The notes below the pieces were generated by a model. The model was not told the origin of the DNA, ran no database searches, and saw nothing but the letters and a program-made list of their open reading frames with translations. This document shows, piece after piece, positions 52,764 to 62,226 of a DNA stretch of 64,000 nt (its first letter is position 1; the number at the start of each line of letters is the position of its first letter). This DNA is from Actinomycetota bacterium (lineage in GTDB: Bacteria; Actinomycetota; Thermoleophilia; Gaiellales; F1-60-MAGs149): positions 10,059 through 74,058 of the forward strand of contig VFJZ01000007.1 in NCBI GenBank assembly GCA_009885805.1. Direction: 5' to 3'. The translations under genes were made by a program, and so were the position numbers.

Positions 52764-54919
52764 GAACGGTCAGCGTCATCATCTGTACCCGGAACCGCGT
52801 CGCCCAACTCGAGCGCGCAGTCGTCGCGGTCCTCGACCAGTTGCCAGCGAGTGGCGAGCTGCTGGTGGTCGACTCTGCCTCGACTGAGGCGGCGGCGATC
52901 GACGCGGCCCGTCGTCTCGCGAGCGATCCGCGCGTCCGGCTCGTCGAGCTCGAGGTCGCCGGCCTGTCCGCCGCACGCAACGCGGGTGCCGCTGCAGCCA
53001 GCGGGGCGCTGCTCGTCTACCTGGACGACGACGCGGTGCCGTCACCCGGGTGGCTGGAGGCTCTCGTCGCGGCGTTCGACGATCCCGCAGTCGCGATCGC
53101 GGGTGGCCCGATCCTTCCCGCATGGGAGGGGCCGGCGCCGGACGAGGAGCGCCTGCCGTCGGCCTACCGCGGGTACCTCGGCATCCTCGACCGTGGCGGC
53201 GACGATCACGACCTCGCGCCCGACGATGGCCCCTGGGGCGGCAATTACGCGATTCGCGCCACGGTGCTGACGGCCGTCGGCGGGTTCGACGAATCGCTCG
53301 GCGTGTCGCCCGACGCGGCGATCGGCGGCGAAGAGGTAGCGGTGTCGGAGCACGTGGCCGCGAACGGACTCGGCCGCGCCGCCTACATCGCCGCGGCGGC
53401 CGTGCAGCACGACACGCCGGTTGAGCGGTTGGAGCGGGGCTACCTGCTCGGCCGCGCGTTCAAGAGCGGTGCGGAGCAGGTGGCGCGGGCGTCGCGGCGT
53501 GGGGCTGTCGACGGCGAGCGGTGGCTGTCTGCGGCTGCCGCGGTCGTTGCGGACATCGTCCCGCCGGGAGCGTCTGACGTGGATTGCCTGCTCGGCCGCA
53601 TCGACCGCGGCCCGCTCGCTCTCGTCGAGGCGATCGGCGCCGCGTTCGCCGCGGGCGAGGTTGCGGCACTGGTCATAGCCGGCGGTGGCGACAGCGTCAC
53701 CTTCCCCGGCCCTCGCCTGGTGCGGATCGCGGCGCACCACGCGCGCGGCGTGGTCGCGCCGGTGCCGTATCGACGCCCTGGCGTCGTCCGTGCCGACGCC
53801 GAACGCACGGTGCTCGTCTTCGAGACGGTGCCGGAGCCGACGACCTGCGGCGCCTACCTGCGCGCGACGGAGATGCTCGCTGCGCTCGCCCGGCTCGGGC
53901 AGGAGCCCGTGTTGCTCGCCCTCGGCGACGGCGCGGACGCGACGATCGACGCGCTGGCGGCAGTTGGCTGCGAGGTGATCGTCGCCGGTCGCGCGCGGAA
54001 TGCTCCGGCGCTCGTCTCCGAGACGCTCGCCCGCGGCTTCGGCGTCGCGATTCTCTCGTTCTTCCACGTCGCGGAGCCGCTGCTGCCGATCCTCCGCAGC
54101 GAGGCGCCGCAGACGGCGCTCGTCATCGACTCCGTCGACATCGTTCACCTTCGGCTCGAGCGCCAGGCCGCCGTGTCGCGGGCTCCGGCCGACGTTCGGC
54201 TGGCTGCGGAGACCCGTACACGGGAGCTCGCTGCCTACCGCCGCGCCGACGTCGTGCTCGCCATCAGCGAGGCCGAGCAGGATCTGCTCGCCGCGGCGCT
54301 GCCCGGGATCCCGGTCGGCGTCGTGCCCAACGTCCACCGCCCGTCTGCGGCCCCGACCGGTCCGGCCGGGCGCCGCGGCGCACTGTTCGTCGGCACGTAC
54401 TGGCACCCGCCGAACGTCGACGCGGTGCACGTTCTCGGCGGGGAGATCCTGCCGCGGCTGCGGGCGCGCGGCTACACCGAGCCGGTCGCGATCGCCGGAG
54501 CGCGCCTGGACGACGCCCTGGCGGCCGCGGCGCGGGACTACGGACTGGACGTGCTGGGCTTCCTGCCGTCCGTGGAGGCTGAACTCCGCCGCTGGCGCCT
54601 CTCGATCGCGCCGCTGCGGTTCGGCGCGGGCCTGAAGGGCAAGGTGGGGGAGGCACTCGGCTACGGCGTCCCCGTGATCGGCACTGCGATCGCCGCCGAG
54701 GGCTACGGCGCCGAGCCGCCCGGTCTCGTCGTGGTCGAGGACTGGGATAGCTTCGCGGACGCGATCATCACCCTGAGCGCGGACGACGGCCGCTGGCAGT
54801 CCCTGTCCGACGCCGGACGCGCTGCGATCGCGGCGTCCCTGGGGCCGGCACGCTGCGAGGCCGAGCTCGCGGACCTGATCGAACACCTCGGCGGGCGAGT
54901 CGAGCGGGTTGCGGCATGA
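52760..54919 (+). CDS. bifunctional glycosyltransferase (N-terminal GT2 + C-terminal GT1/GT4-like)
   Basis: VSVIICTRNR ... LLVVDSAS ... YLDDDAVP (GT2 DxD), and C-terminal FVGTYWHPPN ... GAGLKGKVGEALGYGVPVIGT. Confidence 0.8.
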   Translation: MRTVSVIICTRNRVAQLERAVVAVLDQLPASGELLVVDSASTEAAAIDAARRLASDPRVRLVELEVAGLSAARNAGAAAASGALLVYLDDDAVPSPGWLEALVAAFDDPAVAIAGGPILPAWEGPAPDEERLPSAYRGYLGILDRGGDDHDLAPDDGPWGGNYAIRATVLTAVGGFDESLGVSPDAAIGGEEVAVSEHVAANGLGRAAYIAAAAVQHDTPVERLERGYLLGRAFKSGAEQVARASRRGAVDGERWLSAAAAVVADIVPPGASDVDCLLGRIDRGPLALVEAIGAAFAAGEVAALVIAGGGDSVTFPGPRLVRIAAHHARGVVAPVPYRRPGVVRADAERTVLVFETVPEPTTCGAYLRATEMLAALARLGQEPVLLALGDGADATIDALAAVGCEVIVAGRARNAPALVSETLARGFGVAILSFFHVAEPLLPILRSEAPQTALVIDSVDIVHLRLERQAAVSRAPADVRLAAETRTRELAAYRRADVVLAISEAEQDLLAAALPGIPVGVVPNVHRPSAAPTGPAGRRGALFVGTYWHPPNVDAVHVLGGEILPRLRARGYTEPVAIAGARLDDALAAAARDYGLDVLGFLPSVEAELRRWRLSIAPLRFGAGLKGKVGEALGYGVPVIGTAIAAEGYGAEPPGLVVVEDWDSFADAIITLSADDGRWQSLSDAGRAAIAASLGPARCEAELADLIEHLGGRVERVAA

Positions 54920-56436
54920 ACGCCTCCGTCCTGCTCGTCGCGCGGGAGGATGCCACCGCCTTCGCCGCCCTCGTCGAGTCGCTCGCTGCGTCGAATCTCG
55001 GGTCCGACGTCGAGGTGGTGATCGCGGACGACTGCGCCGTCGGCCCCGTCCGCCGTGTCCTCGACCAGTTGGCCGGTGACGTCGAGATCGTTCGGGTTGG
55101 CGAGGTCGTCTCGGGGCGGCGAGTCGCCCTCGCGGCGGCTGCTACGGCCGCCCGCGCGGACGTCTGCATCGCCCTCTCGACGCGGGCGCGGGTGCGACCG
55201 GGGTTCGACCTCGCGCTCGCTGCGGCCGTGCGCGGCGGCGCGGACATCGCCGGGCCGGAGCAGGTGCTGACCCTCGACTGCGTGGCGGCGCGCCGCGAGT
55301 GGTTCGCCTCGGGCCTCGCGCCGATGCGACCACTCGACGGCTCCTACGAGGCCATGCTGACCCGCGGACTGGCGCACGCGCACGTCCCGGACGTCGTCGG
55401 CCGGACGAGCGTCGGCCCACCGGCGAGCGTCATCATCTGCACGCGCGACCGTGCCGCCGATCTGACGCCGTGCGTCGAGGCAGTCGTCGCCCAGGGGGCG
55501 GATGACGTCGTCCTCGTCGACAGCTGCTCGTCCGACGCCACGCCGACCGTCTGCGCAGCCCTCGTCGAGCGCTTCGGTGGCGTCGTCACGGTAGTCCGCG
55601 AAGCCCAACCCGGCCTGTCGCGCGCCCGCAACAGCGGCGCCCGCCACGCGCGGCACGACGTGCTCCTCTATCTCGACGACGACGCTCGTCCCGTTGCCGG
55701 GTGGCTGGACGCGATGCGCGATGCGTTCGCGGATCCGGCGAACGCTATTGCCGGTGGTCCGATCCATGCGCTCGCCGACGGCCCCGTCGACACGGGGGAG
55801 CTGCCCGACGCCTGGGCCTTCCTCGTGTCGGCCCTGTCGCTGGGCGACGCCGACGCGGCAATCCCGGCTTCGCGCGGCCCGTGGGGCGCCAACTGGGGCT
55901 GTCGCCGCGACGTGCTCGACGCCGTCGGTGGGTTCGACGAGCGCTTCGGCCCCGGGCCGACATCGGCGATCGGCGGGGAGGAGTCGCAGGTCGGGCGCCT
56001 GGTCGAGCGGACTGGCCGCGGCGACATCGCCTACCGCGTCGGCGCTGTCGTCGGGCATCGTGTACCTCGCTCTCGCGTCGCCCGTGGTTACCTGGCGATG
56101 AGGGCGTTTCGGGTCGGCGTCGGCGAGGTGCTCGTCCGGGCGGACGATGACGCGCGAGCGCACCTGTCCGTCGCCGCCGAGCACGTGGGAGCGGCGATCG
56201 GTCGCGAGGCGCGGGGGACGGCCGATGCCGTGCTGGCGGCGATCACGGCCGCCGATCTGCCCGCGACGGAGCGTCTCTATGCCGCTGCGCGCCTGGGCAA
56301 CATCGCTGCCTGTGCGCTCCGGCTCGGACTGGACTCGGTTCGCGTCCCGGGCGGCGGGCGTATCGCGATCCACCCTCGCCACGGCAGGGGGTTCGTCGAG
56401 CAGCCCGGGTCGGGCCCGATGGCCGCTGGCTGGTAG
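54916..56436 (+). CDS. glycosyltransferase family 2 protein (degenerate GT2-like N-half + intact GT2)
   Basis: ASVIICTRDR ... VVLVDSCSSD ... LYLDDDARP. The N-terminal half has a weaker GT2-like pattern (VVIADDCAVG). Confidence 0.7.
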   Translation: MNASVLLVAREDATAFAALVESLAASNLGSDVEVVIADDCAVGPVRRVLDQLAGDVEIVRVGEVVSGRRVALAAAATAARADVCIALSTRARVRPGFDLALAAAVRGGADIAGPEQVLTLDCVAARREWFASGLAPMRPLDGSYEAMLTRGLAHAHVPDVVGRTSVGPPASVIICTRDRAADLTPCVEAVVAQGADDVVLVDSCSSDATPTVCAALVERFGGVVTVVREAQPGLSRARNSGARHARHDVLLYLDDDARPVAGWLDAMRDAFADPANAIAGGPIHALADGPVDTGELPDAWAFLVSALSLGDADAAIPASRGPWGANWGCRRDVLDAVGGFDERFGPGPTSAIGGEESQVGRLVERTGRGDIAYRVGAVVGHRVPRSRVARGYLAMRAFRVGVGEVLVRADDDARAHLSVAAEHVGAAIGREARGTADAVLAAITAADLPATERLYAAARLGNIAACALRLGLDSVRVPGGGRIAIHPRHGRGFVEQPGSGPMAAGW

Positions 56437-56437
56437 C

Positions 56438-57157
56438 TCAGGCGGCCTGCGGCAGTGCGCGGGCCTGGCTCGCAGCGTCCGCGAAGAGCAGTGCGAGAAT
56501 CGTCTGCAGCTCGTTGTCACGGTCGTTCGATCGCGTCAACGTGAGGTCGCCGTGCTCGAATCCGGCCGTGCCGAGGAACGTCGCCATCTCCGCGATCGTC
56601 CACTCGCGCACGTGGCAGGGATTCGGTGGCGGGCCGCTGTGATCGGCACCCCAGGTGAGCGTGCGTTCGGGTGTCGAGAGGACGACCGCCGCGCAGTGCC
56701 CGAGCGCAGCGGCGAGCTTCGCCAGCAGCAACTCGGGGCGGCGGAGGTGCTCGATGACGTCGGAGCAGACGACGACGGCGCCGGCGAGCTGCTCGTGCGT
56801 CAGTGGCAGCGGCTCGTCCCGATCGAGGTCGTGCTCGAGCCACGTCCCGAACGGGTAGCGCGAGCGGACGACATCGAGGTTCGCGCCGAAGTCGATGCCG
56901 ACGATCGCGAAACCCGGGTGCAGCGCCACGAGCTTGACGCCGTCACCCGAGCCGATGTCGACGATGCGCGTCGCGCCGAGTCGCGTCGCGATTCGCGCGG
57001 CGTCGTGGTACACGTCGGGTTGCCAGGTGATGTCCTGCCGAGCGGCCGAGTCGTCGTGGTAGTAGTCGGGCTCGTCGCGGTGGACGTAGCCGTCGCGGAT
57101 GCCGTAGGCGTCGGGCACGGCCCATCCATCGGCAGGCTCGGCCGTTGCCTTGACCAC
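56438..57157 (-). CDS. class I SAM-dependent methyltransferase
   Basis: RIVDIGSGDGVKL motif I; VVCSDVIEHL. Start chosen at GTG 57157 (uncertain). The rest of the 498-aa ORF is Arg-rich junk antisense to the next gene. Confidence 0.7.
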   Translation of the reverse strand: MVKATAEPADGWAVPDAYGIRDGYVHRDEPDYYHDDSAARQDITWQPDVYHDAARIATRLGATRIVDIGSGDGVKLVALHPGFAIVGIDFGANLDVVRSRYPFGTWLEHDLDRDEPLPLTHEQLAGAVVVCSDVIEHLRRPELLLAKLAAALGHCAAVVLSTPERTLTWGADHSGPPPNPCHVREWTIAEMATFLGTAGFEHGDLTLTRSNDRDNELQTILALLFADAASQARALPQAA

Positions 57158-57177
57158 GTGCTGCGCCGCGGTCGCCG

Positions 57178-58488
57178 CTACAGCGACGGGCAGGCGGTGA
57201 GCTGCGGGAGCAGCGGGAGACCGGCGACGCGGACCGCGCGGCGGACGACGCCGACGGGCAGGCGCTCGCCGACGGCGAGTTCGATCGCGACGGCCCGCTC
57301 GGTCAGCCGATGACCATCGAGGGCAGCGACGACCCGATCGGCGAGATCGACCGCGAAACCCCGCGGGAGCGCGACGACGATCGAGGCGGCGGCATCTGCC
57401 GACATCGCCGCGGCGAGTTTGCGGACGAGGTCGTGGTCGGTCGTGAGCGCGTCCGCGCGGACGACGTACGGGCGCGGCCCGCCCTCGTCGCCCGGGTCGT
57501 CCGGCCGTCGGGCGAGAGCCTCCAGTGCCGCGAGCGACTCGCCGTCGCGGGGATCGCAGGCGATGGCCGCCGCGAGCGCGGCCGCTGTCGCGGCGTCGGC
57601 GCCCTCCGCGATCGCCGCTGCCGCGAGCGCGCGGTGGCCGCTTGCGGCGATGCGTTCGTCGCCCGTGACTGCCGCCTCCTCGCCCAACTGGAGCCGAACC
57701 TCCTCCAGGTCGCGCAGGAGAACGGCCGTGCCGGCGGCGATCTCGGCCGGCTCGAGGCTCGTCAGATCGAGCGCCTGCAGGAACCAGCGGCGGAACGCGG
57801 CGTTGCGAGCCGTCAGGCGCGACCGGCCGACGGCGCCCAGATTCATGTTCGCGGCATGCCGCCGGTAGCGATGCAGCGGCTCGCGGACCACGGCGACCTC
57901 CGTCACGCCGGCGACTGCGAGCGCGATGAACCAATCCTGCGCCGGTGCTGCCGCTTGCACCGGCTCGAAGCGTCCCCGCAGGGCGGCCCGCACCATCAGC
58001 GTCGCCGGGATGAAGTTGTGCTGGATGAGCGAGCCGAGGACGCGGCCCTCCAGCGGGGTGATGCCCATCGCCGCGAAGAACGACGGCGCCGTACGGTGAC
58101 CGTCCGCGTCCATCAGTTCGAGATCGCTGTAGACGAGCCCCGTGCCCGGTCGATCGGCGAGGACCTCTGCCTGGCGGCGCACCTTGTCTGGCCGCAGGAC
58201 GTCGTCGGCGTCGAGAAAGGTGATCAGATCGCCCGTCGCCAGCTCCAGTCCGGTTCCCACCGCTGCGCAGAGGCCGCCGTTCAGACGCTGCACGGTCACG
58301 ACGCGGTCACGGTAGGTGTCGATCACGGCCGCCGTCCCGTCGGTGGAGCCGTCGTCGACAACGACGATCTCGAGGTCGCCGGCCGGCCACTCCTGCGCCA
58401 GCGCACTGTCCAGCGCCGCCGCCAGGAAGGGCGCCGCGTTGAAGGCCGGGACGATGATCGAGACGCGTGGCGCCACCGGCCAGTGCAT
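57178..58488 (-). CDS. glycosyltransferase family 2 protein with a C-terminal extension
   Basis: ATG at 58488 (MHWPVAPRVSIIVPAFN ... VVVDDGSTDGT ... FLDADD). Confidence 0.75.
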   Translation of the reverse strand: MHWPVAPRVSIIVPAFNAAPFLAAALDSALAQEWPAGDLEIVVVDDGSTDGTAAVIDTYRDRVVTVQRLNGGLCAAVGTGLELATGDLITFLDADDVLRPDKVRRQAEVLADRPGTGLVYSDLELMDADGHRTAPSFFAAMGITPLEGRVLGSLIQHNFIPATLMVRAALRGRFEPVQAAAPAQDWFIALAVAGVTEVAVVREPLHRYRRHAANMNLGAVGRSRLTARNAAFRRWFLQALDLTSLEPAEIAAGTAVLLRDLEEVRLQLGEEAAVTGDERIAASGHRALAAAAIAEGADAATAAALAAAIACDPRDGESLAALEALARRPDDPGDEGGPRPYVVRADALTTDHDLVRKLAAAMSADAAASIVVALPRGFAVDLADRVVAALDGHRLTERAVAIELAVGERLPVGVVRRAVRVAGLPLLPQLTACPSL

Positions 58489-58544
58489 CGGTTCCGACGG
58501 GAGGTCGCTTGAGGCCGGCACCGACGGCGCCGATACCGGGACGG

Positions 58545-61500
58545 ATGCAGCCGCCCGCGCCACGTGTCACCCTGGCGATCGCGACCTTCAACGGCGAGCG
58601 GTTCCTGCACGAGGCGCTGGCGAGCGCCCTCGCGCAGAGCTACACCGACTACGAGGTCCTGGTCGTCGACGACGGATCCACGGACGGGACGGCCGCGGTC
58701 CTCGATACGTTCGGTGACGACCGCCTCCGGCGGCTGCGAAACGACGTCAACCTCGGCATCCCGGCGACCTACAACCGGATCGTCGCGGAGGCGCGCGGCG
58801 AACTGATTGCGCGCCTCGGCCACGACGACGTCGCCCGTCCCGACTGGTTGGAGCGTGCGGTGGCGGTGTTCGACCGCTTCCCGAACACCGCGGTCGCGTA
58901 CGGCGATGCCATCGTCGTCGACGCCAACGGCCGTCAGACCGACCGGTGGCCGACGGGCGGCCTCGCACGAACGCGACCGCTGGACGTCCTCGTCCGTCGC
59001 ACCGGCGCGCTGATCGACCCCGCGACGGTCGTGCATCGCCGCGTCTACGCCGCGATCGGGGGCTACGCGGCCGACCTCCCGTCGACGTGCGACTTCGATC
59101 TCTGGCTGCGGGCGGCCCGCCACTTCGCCTTCCGGCACGTTCCCGGCGGGCCCGTGATCGCGTTTCGGCGTCACGGCGGCAACTTCTCCGACGAGCGTCA
59201 TCACGCCCGCGAGATCGCCGAGCTCGAGATCTGCCTGGGCCGCCTCGTCGACGAGACGCCGCTGGCCGAGCTCGTTCCCGAGATCGACTGGGCCGTCCTC
59301 GATACCGCGACGGCCGAGCGGGCGGCCCTGCACGTGCTGGCTGCCGCGCTCGATCGGCGCGGCGTCCCGATCCTCGCGGAGCGCGTCCGGCTGCGGTCGG
59401 TCGCAGCGGCACCCGCACCGTTGCCCGCACGGCGAGGCAGCGTGCTGTTCACGATGTTCGGCTTCGACGATCCCGGCGGCGGCACGTTGCTGCCCCGGTT
59501 GGCTGCGAAGTCCCTCGCCGCCCGGGGCTTCGACGTCACGGTCTTCCACGCCGCCGTCGGGGCGCTGGAGGGCGCGCCCGCGTACGCGATCGGCGAGTGG
59601 GAGTCCGACGGGGTTCGCCTGATCGGCGTCCATAACAGGCCGAGCGCCCTGCTCGACCCCGGCAACCCGGGCCGTGAGGTGGACGATCCCGCGATCGCCG
59701 ACGCCTTCGGGGCGGTGCTCGACCGCCTGCGCCCGGACGTCGTGCACTTCCACAACCTCCACAACCTCGGTCTGTCGCTCGTCGACGAGACGGCCTCCCG
59801 CGGCATCCGCTCCTACTTCACGCCGCACAACTTCTGGCTCGCCTGCGCCCGCAACCACTTCGTCCGTGAGGGCGGCGTCCTCTGCGAGGGCGGCGCCGAC
59901 GGCGGGCGCGTGTGCGCACCATGTACCGGCACGCGCGACGGCGAGGGCTATGCCCGGCGCCAGCTCGAGATGCGGGAGCGGATCAGCTGGCGCGTCGAGG
60001 CGATCCTCCCGGTCACCGAGACCGTTGCGACGGTGCTCGCCGGGGCCGGCTTCGACCGCTCGTCGCTCCACGTGCAGCGCCTCGCCGCGCCGGAGGCGGC
60101 GCGCCTGTGGGCGGAGACCGGCTCGAAGCGGCCGCGCGGCCGGGTCGGCGAGGTGCTGACGGTCGGCTTCATCGGGTCGCTCGCCGGCCACAAGGGCGCC
60201 GACCTGCTCGTCGCGGCGGCGCAGGAGGTCGCGGCGCCGCTGCGCGTCGAGTTGCATGGCGACATCCCTGCTCTCCGCGACCGCGACCGCCTGCTCTGCG
60301 CCGACAGCCGTGGCGTCGTCGACATCCACGGCCCGTACGCGCCGGCCAGCCTCCCCCGGATCCTGGCGGGCATCGACGTCGCCGTGCTGCCCTCGCTCGT
60401 CTGGGAGACGGCCGGGCTGACGGTGCTCGAGTGCCTGGCAGCGGGCGTCCCGGTCGTCGTCGCGAGGATGGGCGGGCTGATCGAGGGCGTCCGTGACGGC
60501 GTCGACGGGCTCGTCGTCGACGGGCGCTCGCCAGCGGCCGTGGCCGCTGCGCTGCAGCGGCTCGCGACCGAGCCTGATCTGCTCGAAGCCCTGCAGACGG
60601 CGATCGAACCGCCCCGACTGTTCGCGGACTACGTGGACGAGCTCGACCGGCTGTACACCACGGGCGCGCTGCCGGTGGTCGTTCCGTGCCCGCTTGAAAT
60701 CGCCGTCCGCTGGACCGGCGACCAGGCGGCCGTCTCCAGCCTGGCGACCATCAACCGCGAGGTGACCGGGCGACTGGGGCCGGGATTCGTCGTCGAGCGC
60801 AACGGCCTCGATGGTCCGTCGGGCGACCCGCCGCTGCCGCGGCCGGCCGACATCGAGGTGCGACATCAGTGGCCGCCGGACTTCACCTCGCGCGGCGTCG
60901 GGCGGCTCGCGCTGATTCAGCCCTGGGAGTTCGGATCCCTGCCGCGCGACTGGCAGGCGCCACTGACGGGCGCCGTCGACGAGGTCTGGGTGCCGAGTGA
61001 CTACGTCGCGCAGATGTACCGCGACGCAGGCGTCGCCGGGGACCGCGTTCACGTCGTCCCGAACGCCGTCGACCTCGACCGCTTCCGGCCCGAGGGAGCG
61101 CGACTCGAGTTGCCGCCAGCGGGGCTGCGTCTGCTGTTCGTCGGCGGCACGATCTACCGGAAGGGCATCGACCTGCTGATCGAGGCCTTCGGCGAGGCGT
61201 TCGGCCCGGGCGACGACGTGCAGCTGGTCGTGAAGGACATCGGCGGCGCCAGCTTCTACCAGGGCATCAACCTCGGCGAGCGGATCCGCTCGCTGGAGGC
61301 GTCCGGGCGCGTCGTCTACATCGATCGCGACCTCGACGACGACGAGATCGCGGCCCTGTACCGGGCGTGCGATGTGCTCGTCCATCCGTATCGCGGCGAG
61401 GGGTTCGCGATGCCGGTCCTCGAGGCGATGGCGTGCGGGCTCCCGGTGGTCGTGACCGCCGGCGGGCCGACCGACGAGTTCGTCCCCGACAGCGCCTGCT

Positions 61501-62171
61501 GGCGTGTGGCGTCGGTGCGGCGACCGTTCACGCGTGTCGGCATGGAGTGCGTCGATCCCCCCTGGATGCTGGAGCCCGACCCGACGTCGCTGGTCGGGGC
61601 GCTGCGGCTGGCGACGGCGGCTGCCGCCGAACGTGAGGCCCGTGGCGCGGCTGGCCAGCGGGCGGCGCAGGCGTACGGCTGGGATGCGATCGCGGCCATG
61701 TACGGTGAGCGGCTGCGGTCGCTCGCCCTGCGGGCGCCGCGATTCGCGGCCGCGCCGATCGAGCCGCTGGTGCTGCCGGGGCGGCGCGGCCTGAACGTCC
61801 TCGCGACACCGGCATGGCGTGGCACCGATCGGCTCGACGCGCTGCTCCGGGGCTGGGCCGACGCGTTCGGCGGGGGCGAGGACGCCATTCTCTATCTGCT
61901 TGCCGATCCGGCGGTGGACGGGACGCCGGAGCGCTGGGAAGAGCACGTCCTCGCCGCAGCCGGGCGCGCCGGCGTCGACCTCGGCGAGATGGCGGACATC
62001 TCGGTGCTCGACCACGAGGTGCACGGCGACGACCTACGGCGCATTCACGCCGCGATGGACGCGTACGTGCCGCTGCACGATGCCTGCGGCGGGCACCGCC
62101 GCCTCGCGCGGTGCGTCGCCGGCACCGACGCCGCCGCCCTGCGGTCGCTGTCCACACGCCGAGCCGCCTGA
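58545..62171 (+). CDS. giant three-module glycosyltransferase (GT2 + GT4 + GT4)
   Basis: ATG at 58545. RVTLAIATFNGERF ... LVVDDGSTDGT (GT2). Then FIGSLAGHKG ... WETAGLTVLECLAAGVPVV (GT4). Then LLFVGGTIYRKG ... GEGFAMPVLEAMACGLPVV (GT4). Confidence 0.8.
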   Translation: MQPPAPRVTLAIATFNGERFLHEALASALAQSYTDYEVLVVDDGSTDGTAAVLDTFGDDRLRRLRNDVNLGIPATYNRIVAEARGELIARLGHDDVARPDWLERAVAVFDRFPNTAVAYGDAIVVDANGRQTDRWPTGGLARTRPLDVLVRRTGALIDPATVVHRRVYAAIGGYAADLPSTCDFDLWLRAARHFAFRHVPGGPVIAFRRHGGNFSDERHHAREIAELEICLGRLVDETPLAELVPEIDWAVLDTATAERAALHVLAAALDRRGVPILAERVRLRSVAAAPAPLPARRGSVLFTMFGFDDPGGGTLLPRLAAKSLAARGFDVTVFHAAVGALEGAPAYAIGEWESDGVRLIGVHNRPSALLDPGNPGREVDDPAIADAFGAVLDRLRPDVVHFHNLHNLGLSLVDETASRGIRSYFTPHNFWLACARNHFVREGGVLCEGGADGGRVCAPCTGTRDGEGYARRQLEMRERISWRVEAILPVTETVATVLAGAGFDRSSLHVQRLAAPEAARLWAETGSKRPRGRVGEVLTVGFIGSLAGHKGADLLVAAAQEVAAPLRVELHGDIPALRDRDRLLCADSRGVVDIHGPYAPASLPRILAGIDVAVLPSLVWETAGLTVLECLAAGVPVVVARMGGLIEGVRDGVDGLVVDGRSPAAVAAALQRLATEPDLLEALQTAIEPPRLFADYVDELDRLYTTGALPVVVPCPLEIAVRWTGDQAAVSSLATINREVTGRLGPGFVVERNGLDGPSGDPPLPRPADIEVRHQWPPDFTSRGVGRLALIQPWEFGSLPRDWQAPLTGAVDEVWVPSDYVAQMYRDAGVAGDRVHVVPNAVDLDRFRPEGARLELPPAGLRLLFVGGTIYRKGIDLLIEAFGEAFGPGDDVQLVVKDIGGASFYQGINLGERIRSLEASGRVVYIDRDLDDDEIAALYRACDVLVHPYRGEGFAMPVLEAMACGLPVVVTAGGPTDEFVPDSACWRVASVRRPFTRVGMECVDPPWMLEPDPTSLVGALRLATAAAAEREARGAAGQRAAQAYGWDAIAAMYGERLRSLALRAPRFAAAPIEPLVLPGRRGLNVLATPAWRGTDRLDALLRGWADAFGGGEDAILYLLADPAVDGTPERWEEHVLAAAGRAGVDLGEMADISVLDHEVHGDDLRRIHAAMDAYVPLHDACGGHRRLARCVAGTDAAALRSLSTRRAA

Positions 62172-62226
62172 GCGGACCGCCGTATCCGCTCAAGTCGGTA
62201 CGCACCTGCGCCGACAGTGGTACGAC

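Noticed and set aside
58529-58536. GCCGATAC in the spacer between the divergent GT2 genes as a third sigma-28 promoter.
   Set aside because: The -10 match is imperfect and nothing resembling TAAA lies 15-16 nt upstream (tgag). It is too weak to report as a promoter.
58323-62024. 1233-aa minus-strand ORF opposite the giant glycosyltransferase. Similar antisense ORFs lie at 61528-63549, 45924-47756, 51736-52980, 54703-56520 and 4094-5473.
   Set aside because: Same reasoning. The sense strands encode proteins with clear GT2/GT4, E1/E2, EamA and other motifs. The antisense products are Arg/Pro-rich with no motifs.
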